From Neocallimastix sp. 'constans' (lineage: Eukaryota), in NCBI GenBank assembly GCA_050613775.1, contig JBODTK010000014.1:496001-560000 (forward strand): a stretch of 64,000 nucleotides of DNA, given 5' to 3'. This document shows positions 21,992-31,522 of this stretch, piece after piece; position 1 is the first letter of the stretch, and each line of letters begins with the position of its first letter. The notes beneath the pieces were generated by a model. That model did no database searches. It was not told the DNA's origin and saw nothing but the letters and a program-made list of their open reading frames with translations. The translations under genes were made by a program, and so were the position numbers.

Positions 21992-23653
21992 GAATTTATA
22001 AAAGCGGTACCTCAATATTCCCACTTTTTAATTGTCAAAAATCTTCCCTTCACAATAATAGACACTACTGACTATATGTTCAGTATTGGAAAAATGGCTC
22101 AACGCCGATACAACATCCCAATTGATCGTATCGAAGAATATTTCCCAATGGATTATAGACAAAACCAAGATGAACCTGGTAACAACACTATAATCAATTC
22201 TACCATTGAAGGCGCCATGCAAACCCAGTTAATAGCAGATGATCAGACTATAAATAGAACAGGATATAGCCTAGAAGAAATAGGAGAAACGCTAGAAAAT
22301 AATTTAGACACTAGTCACCCTAGACGTTTCAATGGAGACCAATCCCCTACTAATTGGAATGAAGTTAGAATACAATCTACTACCCGTAGCCAAAATGAAG
22401 AATTTAGAAGACGAATGAATGAGCTAAATCTATCTGAATCAGATACTAGTAATTTTTATGATGTTTCATTCCACAATATATTAAATCAAATAGCAGAAAA
22501 AGATGAATCTGAACTTCTAAATCTTCAAAGGTGTCTTCATAGAAATGAAGTAACTTTAACAAATGAAAAAACAATCATTAACAATGATATCCTAATAACT
22601 AAACTGCTTCCAAAAGAATTAGCTAAATATAAGGATGTTTTTGAAGTACCTAGAGGACTTCCTCCGTCTAGAGGTAAATGGGATTACAAACTCAATATCA
22701 CTCCTCAGGACCTTAAACAATTACCATTAGCAAAACCTAAACTTACATCCGAAGAAGCCTCAATAGCCACTAAAGCTATGATCAAGAATTATATGGATGA
22801 GGGTTGGATTGAACCAGCTGTACTCTCTCATGCGGTTAATATGTTCTCGGTACCAAAACATGATGGCTCTTTCCGTTATGTTTACAATTATGTGCCAGTA
22901 AATAGAATCTGTGATGTGGCCGGCCCAAAATTCCATACCCAATTTACGCGAACAAGTTAATGAATTATGCAAGCATAAATTTGTAATCTGCCTAGACTTA
23001 AGGTCAGCCTATAACCAGATAAGAATAACCGATCCAATAACAAAGGAAGCCACTGCCTTCATTTGTGAATGAGGTATTTATACCTGGAATGTTATGCCAT
23101 TCGGACTTAGCGATGCTCCACCGTTCTTTCAAGCTTTCATGAATTTCGTTCTCTTTGATAAGTTATTCAATGATGTTCTTTGCTACCTTGATGATGTAGT
23201 TATCTATGGTGACTCAAAAGCTGAATGTTTTAATAATTGCAAATGGGTCCTCTCTAGATTCCGCGAATTCAAGCTATATTCCAAAATAGAAAAATGTCAA
23301 TTCTTTCCTTCCAAAGTTGAATACTTAGGTTTTCTCATTAAAGAAGGTGCCTATACACCTCTTAACCTCAACAAACTTAGTGGTATCTCCTGCCCATGTT
23401 CAATAAAAGAATTACAAAAAGTTCTTGGCCTTTTGAATTGGTTCTCTGATTTTATTCCTAATTATGCCAAAATTATTAAACCTCTCTCTGATAATTTATC
23501 TAACTTTAATGCTGATAATGTAAAGCGCCACTTTTACGAATTTATTCAACGCCTCGAAACTTATCCACGTGCTGCCTTTAACTTTGATGAACATTTTATA
23601 CTTGTCTCCGATGCTTCCGAATTTGCTAGTTCCGGAGTCCTTTACCAAATTCC
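21992..23653 (+). pseudogene. pol: Ty3/gypsy pol remnant (end of protease, RT, start of RNase H)
   Basis: LPPSRGKWDYKLNI, GWIEPA, VPKHDGSFR, frameshift near 22930, LDLRSAYNQI, in-frame TGA at 23070-23072, MPFG, YLDD, KCQF, YLGF. Integrase absent. Confidence 0.9.
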
Positions 23654-24992
23654 GAAAGGGGGGAAGATGTTGTACTTAATAAATTAAAGGACAATAATAA
23701 TAATAAAAATATTAAGGTTTACGTGTAACTAAAAAATACCAATTAAAAAATTTGATATTATTTATTATTATTATTATTATTATTATTTTTTTTTTTTATG
23801 TTACATAAGTATATTAAAATAAATTTCAAAACTTGCCACACATGAATTATTTGATAAAAAAATTAATTTATATTAAAAATTAATTTAAATTTATATAAAA
23901 TTAATTAATAATTAAGAGGATCTTTAAAATAAATAAACTAATTTGCATATGTTCTGATTAAAAAAAATTTAATTATGAATGTAACTTAAATTATGAAACA
24001 ATTACTTAAATATCTAATTGTTATATGAAAAGTTCCTTCAAAACAAGTTTTTATTAAAAGGAAATTTAAAAATAAAGATTTTATAATAGATTAGAAACGT
24101 ACAATCAAATAATACTTTATGATATAATACCAATCAAAAAAAAAAAAAAAAAACGCATAAATTCAAAAAAAAAGTCACTATTATTTAATTCATAATTAAA
24201 TCAATGAAAAGGGGTTATTAAAACAAATCCTAATAGAAGATAAATAATTAAAATTATATTTATGTGTTTTTTGAATAGATTTATGGAATAAAATTTTAAT
24301 GAAAAGAAGTAAAATTTAATGTTAAAATTGGATATATTTATGTAAATAATGTTATGAAAAATAATATTTTAAAAAAATATTTTTAATTTTTATATTTATT
24401 TATAATATTAGAAATCTATTTATTTTTATTATTTAATAATTAATAGTATTAGGTTATGATAACATTTTTTATTTTTTTATATTTATAAGTTTAATATTTT
24501 ATATTATATTTATTATTTAATTATTTAAAAGATAATTTTAAATTAATAAAAATAGTAATATTATTATTTATTATGTTAATATTTCAAGAATTTGATTATA
24601 CATGTTAATATTAACATTAAAATTTTTATTGGTAATATTTAATTTTAATGAAATTATTACAATTTAAAATAAATATTTATTTTTAAATAATAATAAATTT
24701 AAAATTATTTTATTAATAAATTTTATTTATTTATATTTTTATTTTTTAATTTATGGAAACCTTTTTTATTATTTTATAATGTTTTATGTTATTTAAATTT
24801 TTTATTGTTATAATAAATTTAACTTAGATTAATATACTTAATATTACTATAATTAATTATAGTTTTAATTATCTAATTTTATATTTTTTTAATGTGATTT
24901 GTTTTTGCTACCATTTTTATTTCCATTTCCGTTTTTATTCCTTGGTCTATATCTTTTCCTTCTAATAGTAGATGATAATTTTCCAGGCTTTG

Positions 24993-25012
24993 TGTTGTAA
25001 AATTATCACTTT

Positions 25013-25075
<63 letters not shown>

Positions 25076-25296
25076 ATTACACGCGTTATTTCTTAAATTC
25101 ATACATTTAATTTTTTTGTTTACATGAAGTTTTTTATTTATTTAAATCGTGTTTTCATTCACTTAATTATTTCTTATTAATAAATTTTTATTTATTATTA
25201 AATTATATATAACTTATAAAATATTATAAAAATAAATTATTATTAAATAATCATATTATATTAAAATATCTGGAATATTAAACTTAATTTCTAACA
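24993..25296 (-). repeat. 3' LTR of the copia element (304 bp)
   Basis: TGTTGTAAAA...TTCTAACA on the plus strand; 57-nt T tract at 25015-25071. Confidence 0.97.
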
Positions 25297-25309
25297 CTCC
25301 CTCGTAAGT

Positions 25310-28300
25310 TTAATTTCCTCTTAGTTGCCATAGCATTATTCTTCTAAACTTGTTTAATAAAGGTCCATTAAGATATTTAGTTAGTCCGTCCGCTAAATTA
25401 TTTTCTGATTTGATGTATTCCAATTTAATTTCTTTTTCTCTTACTAATTCTCTGACTTTATGATACCTTAAATTAATATGTCTAGACTTTGGATTAATAG
25501 TTTCATTTTCACTATTGTATATAGCTGCTTTATTATCTACTTTTATTTTAATTGTACCTGTATTTATATTTAATTCTCTCATAAAGTTTTTAAACCACAT
25601 ACATTTAAGCGCACATTCATTTAAACTATAATACTCACTTTCTGCAGTTGATATAGAAACACAGTGCTGTAATTTAGAATACCAACAAATAGGTGTTTTT
25701 CCCATATTAATTATGAATCCAGTTGTCGAACGTTTTGTTTCTTCATCTCCACCTAAATCTGCATCAACATAAACATCCAGATTAATGTTACCTGTATAAG
25801 AAAGTCCATAATATTTTGTTCCTTTTAGATATCTAAATATTTTTATTACATTTATCCAATCTTCATAAGTTGGATTTCTGTTCTTTCTGGAAGCTTTACT
25901 AGTGGCAAATAGGATGTCCGGTCTTGTACCCATAGCAAGGTAGAGTAGACTGCCAACAGCTTGCATATACTTCTTCGGATCAAAGCTTCTTTTTCTTAAT
26001 TCTTCATCTTGAATATATGTTAAACTAGATATTTGATTATATTCTTCAATTTTAAATTTTTCCAAAATTTTATTTAAATATTGTAATTGATGCATGATAT
26101 ATCCATATTTCGTTTTAATAAATTTTATGCCTATTATGAAATCTACAGGTCCAATATCACTTAAGTCAAAAATATTTTTAATTTCGGATTTAACATAATT
26201 TATTTCATTCTTCTTTCCTGAAATAATTATATCATCAACATAAATTGCTAATATACATGAAATATTGCCTTTGTTATCCCTTTTACAATATACGCATGGT
26301 TCACTTTTTGTTCTTGTAAAACCCAATTTTAATAACGTTTCATTTATCTTGTTATTCCACATTCTTCCAGCTTGCTTCAACCCATATATTGCTTTATTTA
26401 ACTTCCAAAAACCAGGATTTTCGAAACCTTCAGGAGTTTCCATGTATAATTCTTCTTCTACTTCTGCATTCAAGTATGCAGCTTTGATATCCAGTTGATA
26501 CATATCGAAATTATAATATGCAGATAAATTAGTAATTATCCTGAGGGAGTCCTGTTTCAGAGTTGGAGAAAAAGTTTCCTCATAGTCCACACCGTAAATT
26601 TGTGAAAATCCTCGAGCTACCAGTCTTGCTTTGTATTTGATAATATTACCTTTATCATCTCTTTTATAACTGAATACCCACTTGCTTGATATAAGATTTT
26701 TATTGTTTGGAATGCTTTTTACAACTGAATATACCTTTTTAATTTTCATATTGTTTAATTCATTTTCTACAGCCTCAAGCCATTTTTTTTCATCCGGTCT
26801 TCCAAATATATCATTAAAATTTAGTGGTGGGTCTAATTCTTGATCTTCGTTAAATTTACTTAAATTTAAATTATTTGTAATTCTGAATTTTTTATATAAC
26901 TTTTCGGTCTCATCTATAAATTTTCTTTTTGTTAAATTATTATTTTCGTCCATATTTCCATTATTGTTATTTTGAATATTATTACTAGTATTTGGGATAT
27001 TATTTATACCGTTATCTTTATTATTGTCTATAAAATAATCCACATTTTCATTAACATTTTCATTAATATTATTAAATTCATCTTGTTGAGATTTATTATT
27101 ATTATTATTATTATAATTGTTATTTTGTAATGTTGTTTCCTCTTGATTAAAATTCTTGTTATGTACATTTTCGTATTCACTATTATTATTTTTATTTTCA
27201 TTTTGATTAACTGTATTATTTGTATTATTACTGTCCTTTGAATTATCCATATTATAATTGTTGTTTGACATATTTAAATTGTTGTTATTATTATAATAAT
27301 TATCAACCTGAAAATCTTCATTATAAATATCATCTCCCTCGATTTCATAATAGGGAGTAAAATTTAAAAGTTCAGGAGGAGAAGAAGGAGCTGAACAATT
27401 TCCAGGAATATCTTCAAAGAAAACAACCGAACGAGAGAGAATCACCTTATTATTAGTGATATCATAAATTCTATAAGCTGATGGATTAGTATCATATCCA
27501 ATAAAAATACCAGGAAGGGCAGAATTGAAAAGCTTTTTTCGAAATTGTTTGGGTACATAAAAGAATACCCTACATCCAAAAACACGAAATTTAGAAAAGT
27601 CAACCTTATTATCATAAAGTAACTCATAAGGAGTAGAATTTCCAATACCTCTGTGGGGAATACGATTGTAAATGAAATTAACAGTAGAGACGGCGTCCTC
27701 CCAAAAAACATGGTTTAATTTACCTTCTTCAAGAATGGCACGAGCATTTGGGATAAGAGTGCCATGTAGTCTTTCTATCCGACCATTTTGTTGAGGTGAA
27801 TATGGTATTGAGAATTCATGCACAATACCGTTATTAGTACAAAAATCTTCAAAAAACTTGTTTGTAAACTCAGTTCCATTATCCGTACGAAGAAATTTAA
27901 TGTTTCTTCCAAAAATATTTTTAATCATATTATACCATGAGATAAATTTTTGAAAAACCTCAGCCTTAGACTTAAAGAATAAGATCCAACCAAAGCGGGA
28001 ATAATCATCCAAAATAGAAAGGAAGTATTTGTTTCCATAGAGGGATTCATCAGTAATTGAGACTGTATCCATATGAACCAACTCAAATGGTTCTTTGGCC
28101 CTATTGTCATTTTGCTGGAAGGGGAAATTTTTTAATTTTGTTTTGGCACATATTTGGCACTGCTGCTTAGTATTAATTTTTGTTAAAATATGTCGAAGAT
28201 TATTTATGTTGAAGTGCCCAAGTCGTTTGTGCCATAGAAATAAACTTTCACTGTCTGAATCTGCAATGTAATTGCATATACCATTGTTGATTGGAAATGT

Positions 28301-29869
28301 GAACTTCTTTTTTGATGTCCAAATGGTATATGTTTTTGTATTATTTGAACATGCTGTAAATAATTTATTATTATTTTTATTGTATATTGATACTTTATTG
28401 ATATTGTTATCTTTGAAAAATACCGTTTTAAAGTGACTATCAGTCAAACAATCTACTGACATCAAATTTCTTTTGAATTCTGGAATAAATAAAATATTTT
28501 TTAATGAAATTTTATTGTCATTTATGTATCCATTAAATTCTCCTATGTATTTTGATTTTACATAATCTCCATTAGCAAAAAATATTTTCTTATTGAAGGC
28601 TTTCTTATTATCTAAAAGATCTACGTTTCCGGTCATGTGGTAAGTTGTACCGGAGTCTAATGTCCATGGAATTATTTTTTGAATTGAATTATTATTTTTA
28701 TTTGACATCTCTTTGTTTTGTGTATCGTCTTTTATGTAATAACTTTTATTTTTAAATGGTAATGCTGAAGTGTTGTGGTTGGATTCCGCATATGATTGAT
28801 TGTAATCCTCAAAGAAATAGTTCATATGCGTATCCTCATTTTGTTTATTTTTTTCAATTTCTGTGTTTAGTGATATGCCTCCCTTTATTTGTTTCTTTAC
28901 TGTTGTATCTCTTATAATTATTTTTCCATTTCTTTTGAATTTACATTCGGAGGCGAAGTGTCCCTTTTTTCCACAATTCCAGCATTCTACTGTACTTTTA
29001 TTATATTTTTCGGATTTTCTTTGATAGTCTTTATTTTTAAAACCTTTTCTTTGATATCTATATTTACTATGCGAGAATGAGTTATTAAAATTTGATTCAA
29101 CATACTCGTTATTATTATCCATATTCTCACCCTGTTGATTATTATTATTTCCAAGTATACCATTATTTCCAATAGCTATAGACTCATTACTTTGATTTCC
29201 GGCTTCATTTTTCTTTCTTCTTTCAGAGAATTTTATAAGTCTTTGGTTTGTTTTGATAAGTAAGCTGGCAAAATCCTCAAACGAACCTTTAAAAATAATA
29301 GCATTAGACCTTAATGCTAAATCGTCAGGAATACTGTTGTAGAGATAGTCAATCTTCTCTTGCTCAGTTAATTGACATCTCAATGTGCTTAACTCTCTGA
29401 ATTTTGCTTTCATGTTCGAAATGAAAATGGATAGAGAGATATTATTATCAGGAATGTACTTTTCTTTTTCAAGAGAGTTTTTGATTTCTTCTACTAAATC
29501 ATTGTCATCATTCATGTTCATACTTTTAATTAATTCATAAATTTCGAATGCGGTTAAAGTTATAAAATCAAATTTCTCAGCCAGTTCAATTGGAATGCTG
29601 TTTAAAAGATATTCCTTAACAAGTGCATCTGACTGGACCATTTCGTCAGTTACACTCTCATCATAGTACATATCATTCGTTCCATCTACTAATGTTAGCT
29701 TTCTTATTTGTTCTTTGCTAAGTTTTCCTTCGGGAATTTTTTTAATGACCTCATTCATTATAAAATTTTGCAATCTTTTTCCCTTAAGCAAAAGGTAGAA
29801 CTCCTGTTTCCACAACCTAAAGTTTGTGTTATTTAGAATATCCTTTGTAGCGTTTTTTTCTACGTTCAT
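25310..29869 (-). CDS. Ty1/copia Gag-Pol polyprotein (Gag, zinc knuckle, protease, integrase, RT, RNase H), 1519 aa
   Basis: CWNCGKKGHFASEC knuckle; WTLDSGTTYHM protease; LWHKRLGH..CQIC, VHMD, RTDNGTEF and PQQNGRIER integrase; YKARLVARGF, QLDIKAAYL, LKQAGRMW and YVDD RT; DAD, STAESEY, DNKAA and ADGLTK RNase H. Integrase precedes RT, which is the copia order. Confidence 0.98.
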   Translation of the reverse strand: MNVEKNATKDILNNTNFRLWKQEFYLLLKGKRLQNFIMNEVIKKIPEGKLSKEQIRKLTLVDGTNDMYYDESVTDEMVQSDALVKEYLLNSIPIELAEKFDFITLTAFEIYELIKSMNMNDDNDLVEEIKNSLEKEKYIPDNNISLSIFISNMKAKFRELSTLRCQLTEQEKIDYLYNSIPDDLALRSNAIIFKGSFEDFASLLIKTNQRLIKFSERRKKNEAGNQSNESIAIGNNGILGNNNNQQGENMDNNNEYVESNFNNSFSHSKYRYQRKGFKNKDYQRKSEKYNKSTVECWNCGKKGHFASECKFKRNGKIIIRDTTVKKQIKGGISLNTEIEKNKQNEDTHMNYFFEDYNQSYAESNHNTSALPFKNKSYYIKDDTQNKEMSNKNNNSIQKIIPWTLDSGTTYHMTGNVDLLDNKKAFNKKIFFANGDYVKSKYIGEFNGYINDNKISLKNILFIPEFKRNLMSVDCLTDSHFKTVFFKDNNINKVSIYNKNNNKLFTACSNNTKTYTIWTSKKKFTFPINNGICNYIADSDSESLFLWHKRLGHFNINNLRHILTKINTKQQCQICAKTKLKNFPFQQNDNRAKEPFELVHMDTVSITDESLYGNKYFLSILDDYSRFGWILFFKSKAEVFQKFISWYNMIKNIFGRNIKFLRTDNGTEFTNKFFEDFCTNNGIVHEFSIPYSPQQNGRIERLHGTLIPNARAILEEGKLNHVFWEDAVSTVNFIYNRIPHRGIGNSTPYELLYDNKVDFSKFRVFGCRVFFYVPKQFRKKLFNSALPGIFIGYDTNPSAYRIYDITNNKVILSRSVVFFEDIPGNCSAPSSPPELLNFTPYYEIEGDDIYNEDFQVDNYYNNNNNLNMSNNNYNMDNSKDSNNTNNTVNQNENKNNNSEYENVHNKNFNQEETTLQNNNYNNNNNNKSQQDEFNNINENVNENVDYFIDNNKDNGINNIPNTSNNIQNNNNGNMDENNNLTKRKFIDETEKLYKKFRITNNLNLSKFNEDQELDPPLNFNDIFGRPDEKKWLEAVENELNNMKIKKVYSVVKSIPNNKNLISSKWVFSYKRDDKGNIIKYKARLVARGFSQIYGVDYEETFSPTLKQDSLRIITNLSAYYNFDMYQLDIKAAYLNAEVEEELYMETPEGFENPGFWKLNKAIYGLKQAGRMWNNKINETLLKLGFTRTKSEPCVYCKRDNKGNISCILAIYVDDIIISGKKNEINYVKSEIKNIFDLSDIGPVDFIIGIKFIKTKYGYIMHQLQYLNKILEKFKIEEYNQISSLTYIQDEELRKRSFDPKKYMQAVGSLLYLAMGTRPDILFATSKASRKNRNPTYEDWINVIKIFRYLKGTKYYGLSYTGNINLDVYVDADLGGDEETKRSTTGFIINMGKTPICWYSKLQHCVSISTAESEYYSLNECALKCMWFKNFMRELNINTGTIKIKVDNKAAIYNSENETINPKSRHINLRYHKVRELVREKEIKLEYIKSENNLADGLTKYLNGPLLNKFRRIMLWQLRGN

Positions 29870-30049
29870 TCTTAGTCTTCCCTTCCTTTAAAATTTTAAT
29901 TTTAATTTCTATCAATTATTATTCTCTTTATTTTTTATAATATTACTTTACTTTTAAATTATTTAATTAATATAATAAACTTTATAGTTTTATTTTATTT
30001 TGACACTTCATTTAATTAATTATTCCTTTACAATATTATCATATACTTA

Positions 30050-30071
30050 AGAGCACTTGAGACTCTTAATC
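30050..30071 (-). promoter_or_regulatory. Copia primer-binding site complementary to the 5' half (anticodon arm) of tRNA-Lys(CUU)
   Basis: Plus strand AGAGCA-CT-TGAGACTCTTAATC abuts the LTR. The widely conserved tRNA-Lys(CUU) sequence reads ..AGAGCATGAGACTCTTAATC.. (from memory; the host tRNA is not in this window). Confidence 0.8.
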
Positions 30072-30091
30072 TGTTGTAAAATTATCACTTT

Positions 30092-30138
<47 letters not shown>

Positions 30139-30359
30139 ATTACACGCGTTATTTCTTAAATTCATACATTTAATTTTTTTGTTTACATGAAGTTTTTTAT
30201 TTATTTAAATCGTGTTTTCATTCACTTAATTATTTCTTATTAATAAATTTTTATTTATTATTAAATTATATATAACTTATAAAATATTATAAAAATAAAT
30301 TATTATTAAATAATCATATTATATTAAAATATCTGGAATATTAAACTTAATTTCTAACA
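30072..30359 (-). repeat. 5' LTR of the copia element (288 bp)
   Basis: Same sequence as 24993-25296 except a 41-nt T tract (30094-30134). Confidence 0.97.
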
Positions 30360-30690
30360 CTTTGTATTTTGATTTTTATTACTGTAACTTTTATTTGCGG
30401 AAATTGCTTTTTCATTATCTGATCTTAGTACCAATGATATTGGTAAAGAATTATTAATATTTTCTACCATTTTTAACGCGATATTTATATCATTTGTTGA
30501 TGTAGTTCCAATAAACCGATAGATCATAGAATTTAATTTATTTATATTTACTTGTATATTTCGTTGCATCTTTATTCCTTCAGCACTAGAAGTTGGATTT
30601 TCACTTATTTCTGTTAATTTTTTATTTATAAAACTACAAACATCTTCTATGGTATTAGCATCTTTCACAAGGGAAGAAGGAGAAACTGTT
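30360..30690 (-). pseudogene. 5' part of an unknown reading frame interrupted by the copia insertion; continues at 24987-24889
   Basis: Removing the element and one target-site copy joins ..SYSNKNQNTK in frame to PGKLSSTIRRKRYRPRNKNGNGNKNGSKNKSH*. Confidence 0.6.
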
Positions 30691-30765
30691 GATTTTTATA
30701 ATAGGGTTTATTGAAATAAATTTTTAAATGAAAAAACAAATTTATTTTAATTTCTTCAATTTAAT

Positions 30766-31522
30766 TGTAAAGAGTTTGGAAGAAACAGATTACAAATAAC
30801 AAAATACACAAAATATTTTAAACACGTAATAAAAAAATTCCTTTTTTAATAAATAATCTTTTATTAAATTTAAAAATAAATCTCTTCTCGTTATTAACTA
30901 TTTAATAGTCAATAACTAATACATCGATTTAATTATAGAAATTTACATGTATTTATAATTTTTTATGATTATATTATAATATATTATTTCTATCTAATTT
31001 ACATATATTACTATTTATTTGTAAACAAAATAATTTTCAGTAATTTTATTAAATAAAAATTAACTAAAACTATACAATAATTAATTCAATAAACTTTCAA
31101 TTTATTTACAATAATAATTAAATTCAATGAAAACTCATTTATTAGATATATATTATATAAATATTATTAATACTAATGTTTATATATTTACAATTCAAAA
31201 CTATTTTTATAAACTATTTAAATTAATTTTAACTATTTAAAACTATTCCGAAATTAATTTTAAAGTATTTTAAACTAACTAAACTAAATTAACTAAGTTA
31301 AATAAAATAACTAAATTAAATAAACTAAATTAACTAACTTAAATAAATTATTTAGATTAAATTTATTATCCAAAATTATTTAAATAATAATTTATCCTTT
31401 ATGAAAAGTATACATAAATTTATAATTAATTTTCATATACGTAAATCATAAATTTATGTAATTTTATTATATTAATTAAATATGTAATAATTAATTATTA
31501 AAGATTTTATTAAATCTTTACA
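30766..31522 (-). mobile_element. Solo LTR (757 bp) of the chromovirus family seen at 57-58.6 kb
   Basis: Termini TGTAAAGA..TCTTTACA (8-bp inverted repeat); TTAAT duplicated at 30761-30765 and 31523-31527; highly similar to 57029-57531, which sits next to a PPT and integrase. Confidence 0.92.

Larger units (their letters stand above)
18061..23667 (+). mobile_element. Decayed Ty3/gypsy LTR retrotransposon internal region (long N-terminal extension, gag, protease, RT, truncated RNase H, then PPT)
   Basis: Gag-like KPMFSGNVEDADDFVYQFHNYL, protease LIDSGGSLNLIS, RT MPFGLSDAPPFFQ and YLDD, RNase H start LVSDASEFA. The sequence then jumps to the purine tract GAAAGGGGGGAAGA (23654-23667), followed by TGTTG. 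No matching 5' LTR found. Confidence 0.9.
24993..30359 (-). mobile_element. Full-length, intact Ty1/copia LTR retrotransposon (5367 bp)
   Basis: Two TG..CA LTRs that are identical except for poly-T length; 5-bp target-site duplication CTTTG (24988-24992 and 30360-30364); PPT-like CTTACGAGGGAG next to the 3' LTR; uninterrupted 1519-aa ORF. Confidence 0.98.

Noticed and set aside
19055..22972. Small antisense and alternate-frame ORFs within the gypsy element
   Set aside because: Shadows of the gag-pol frame.
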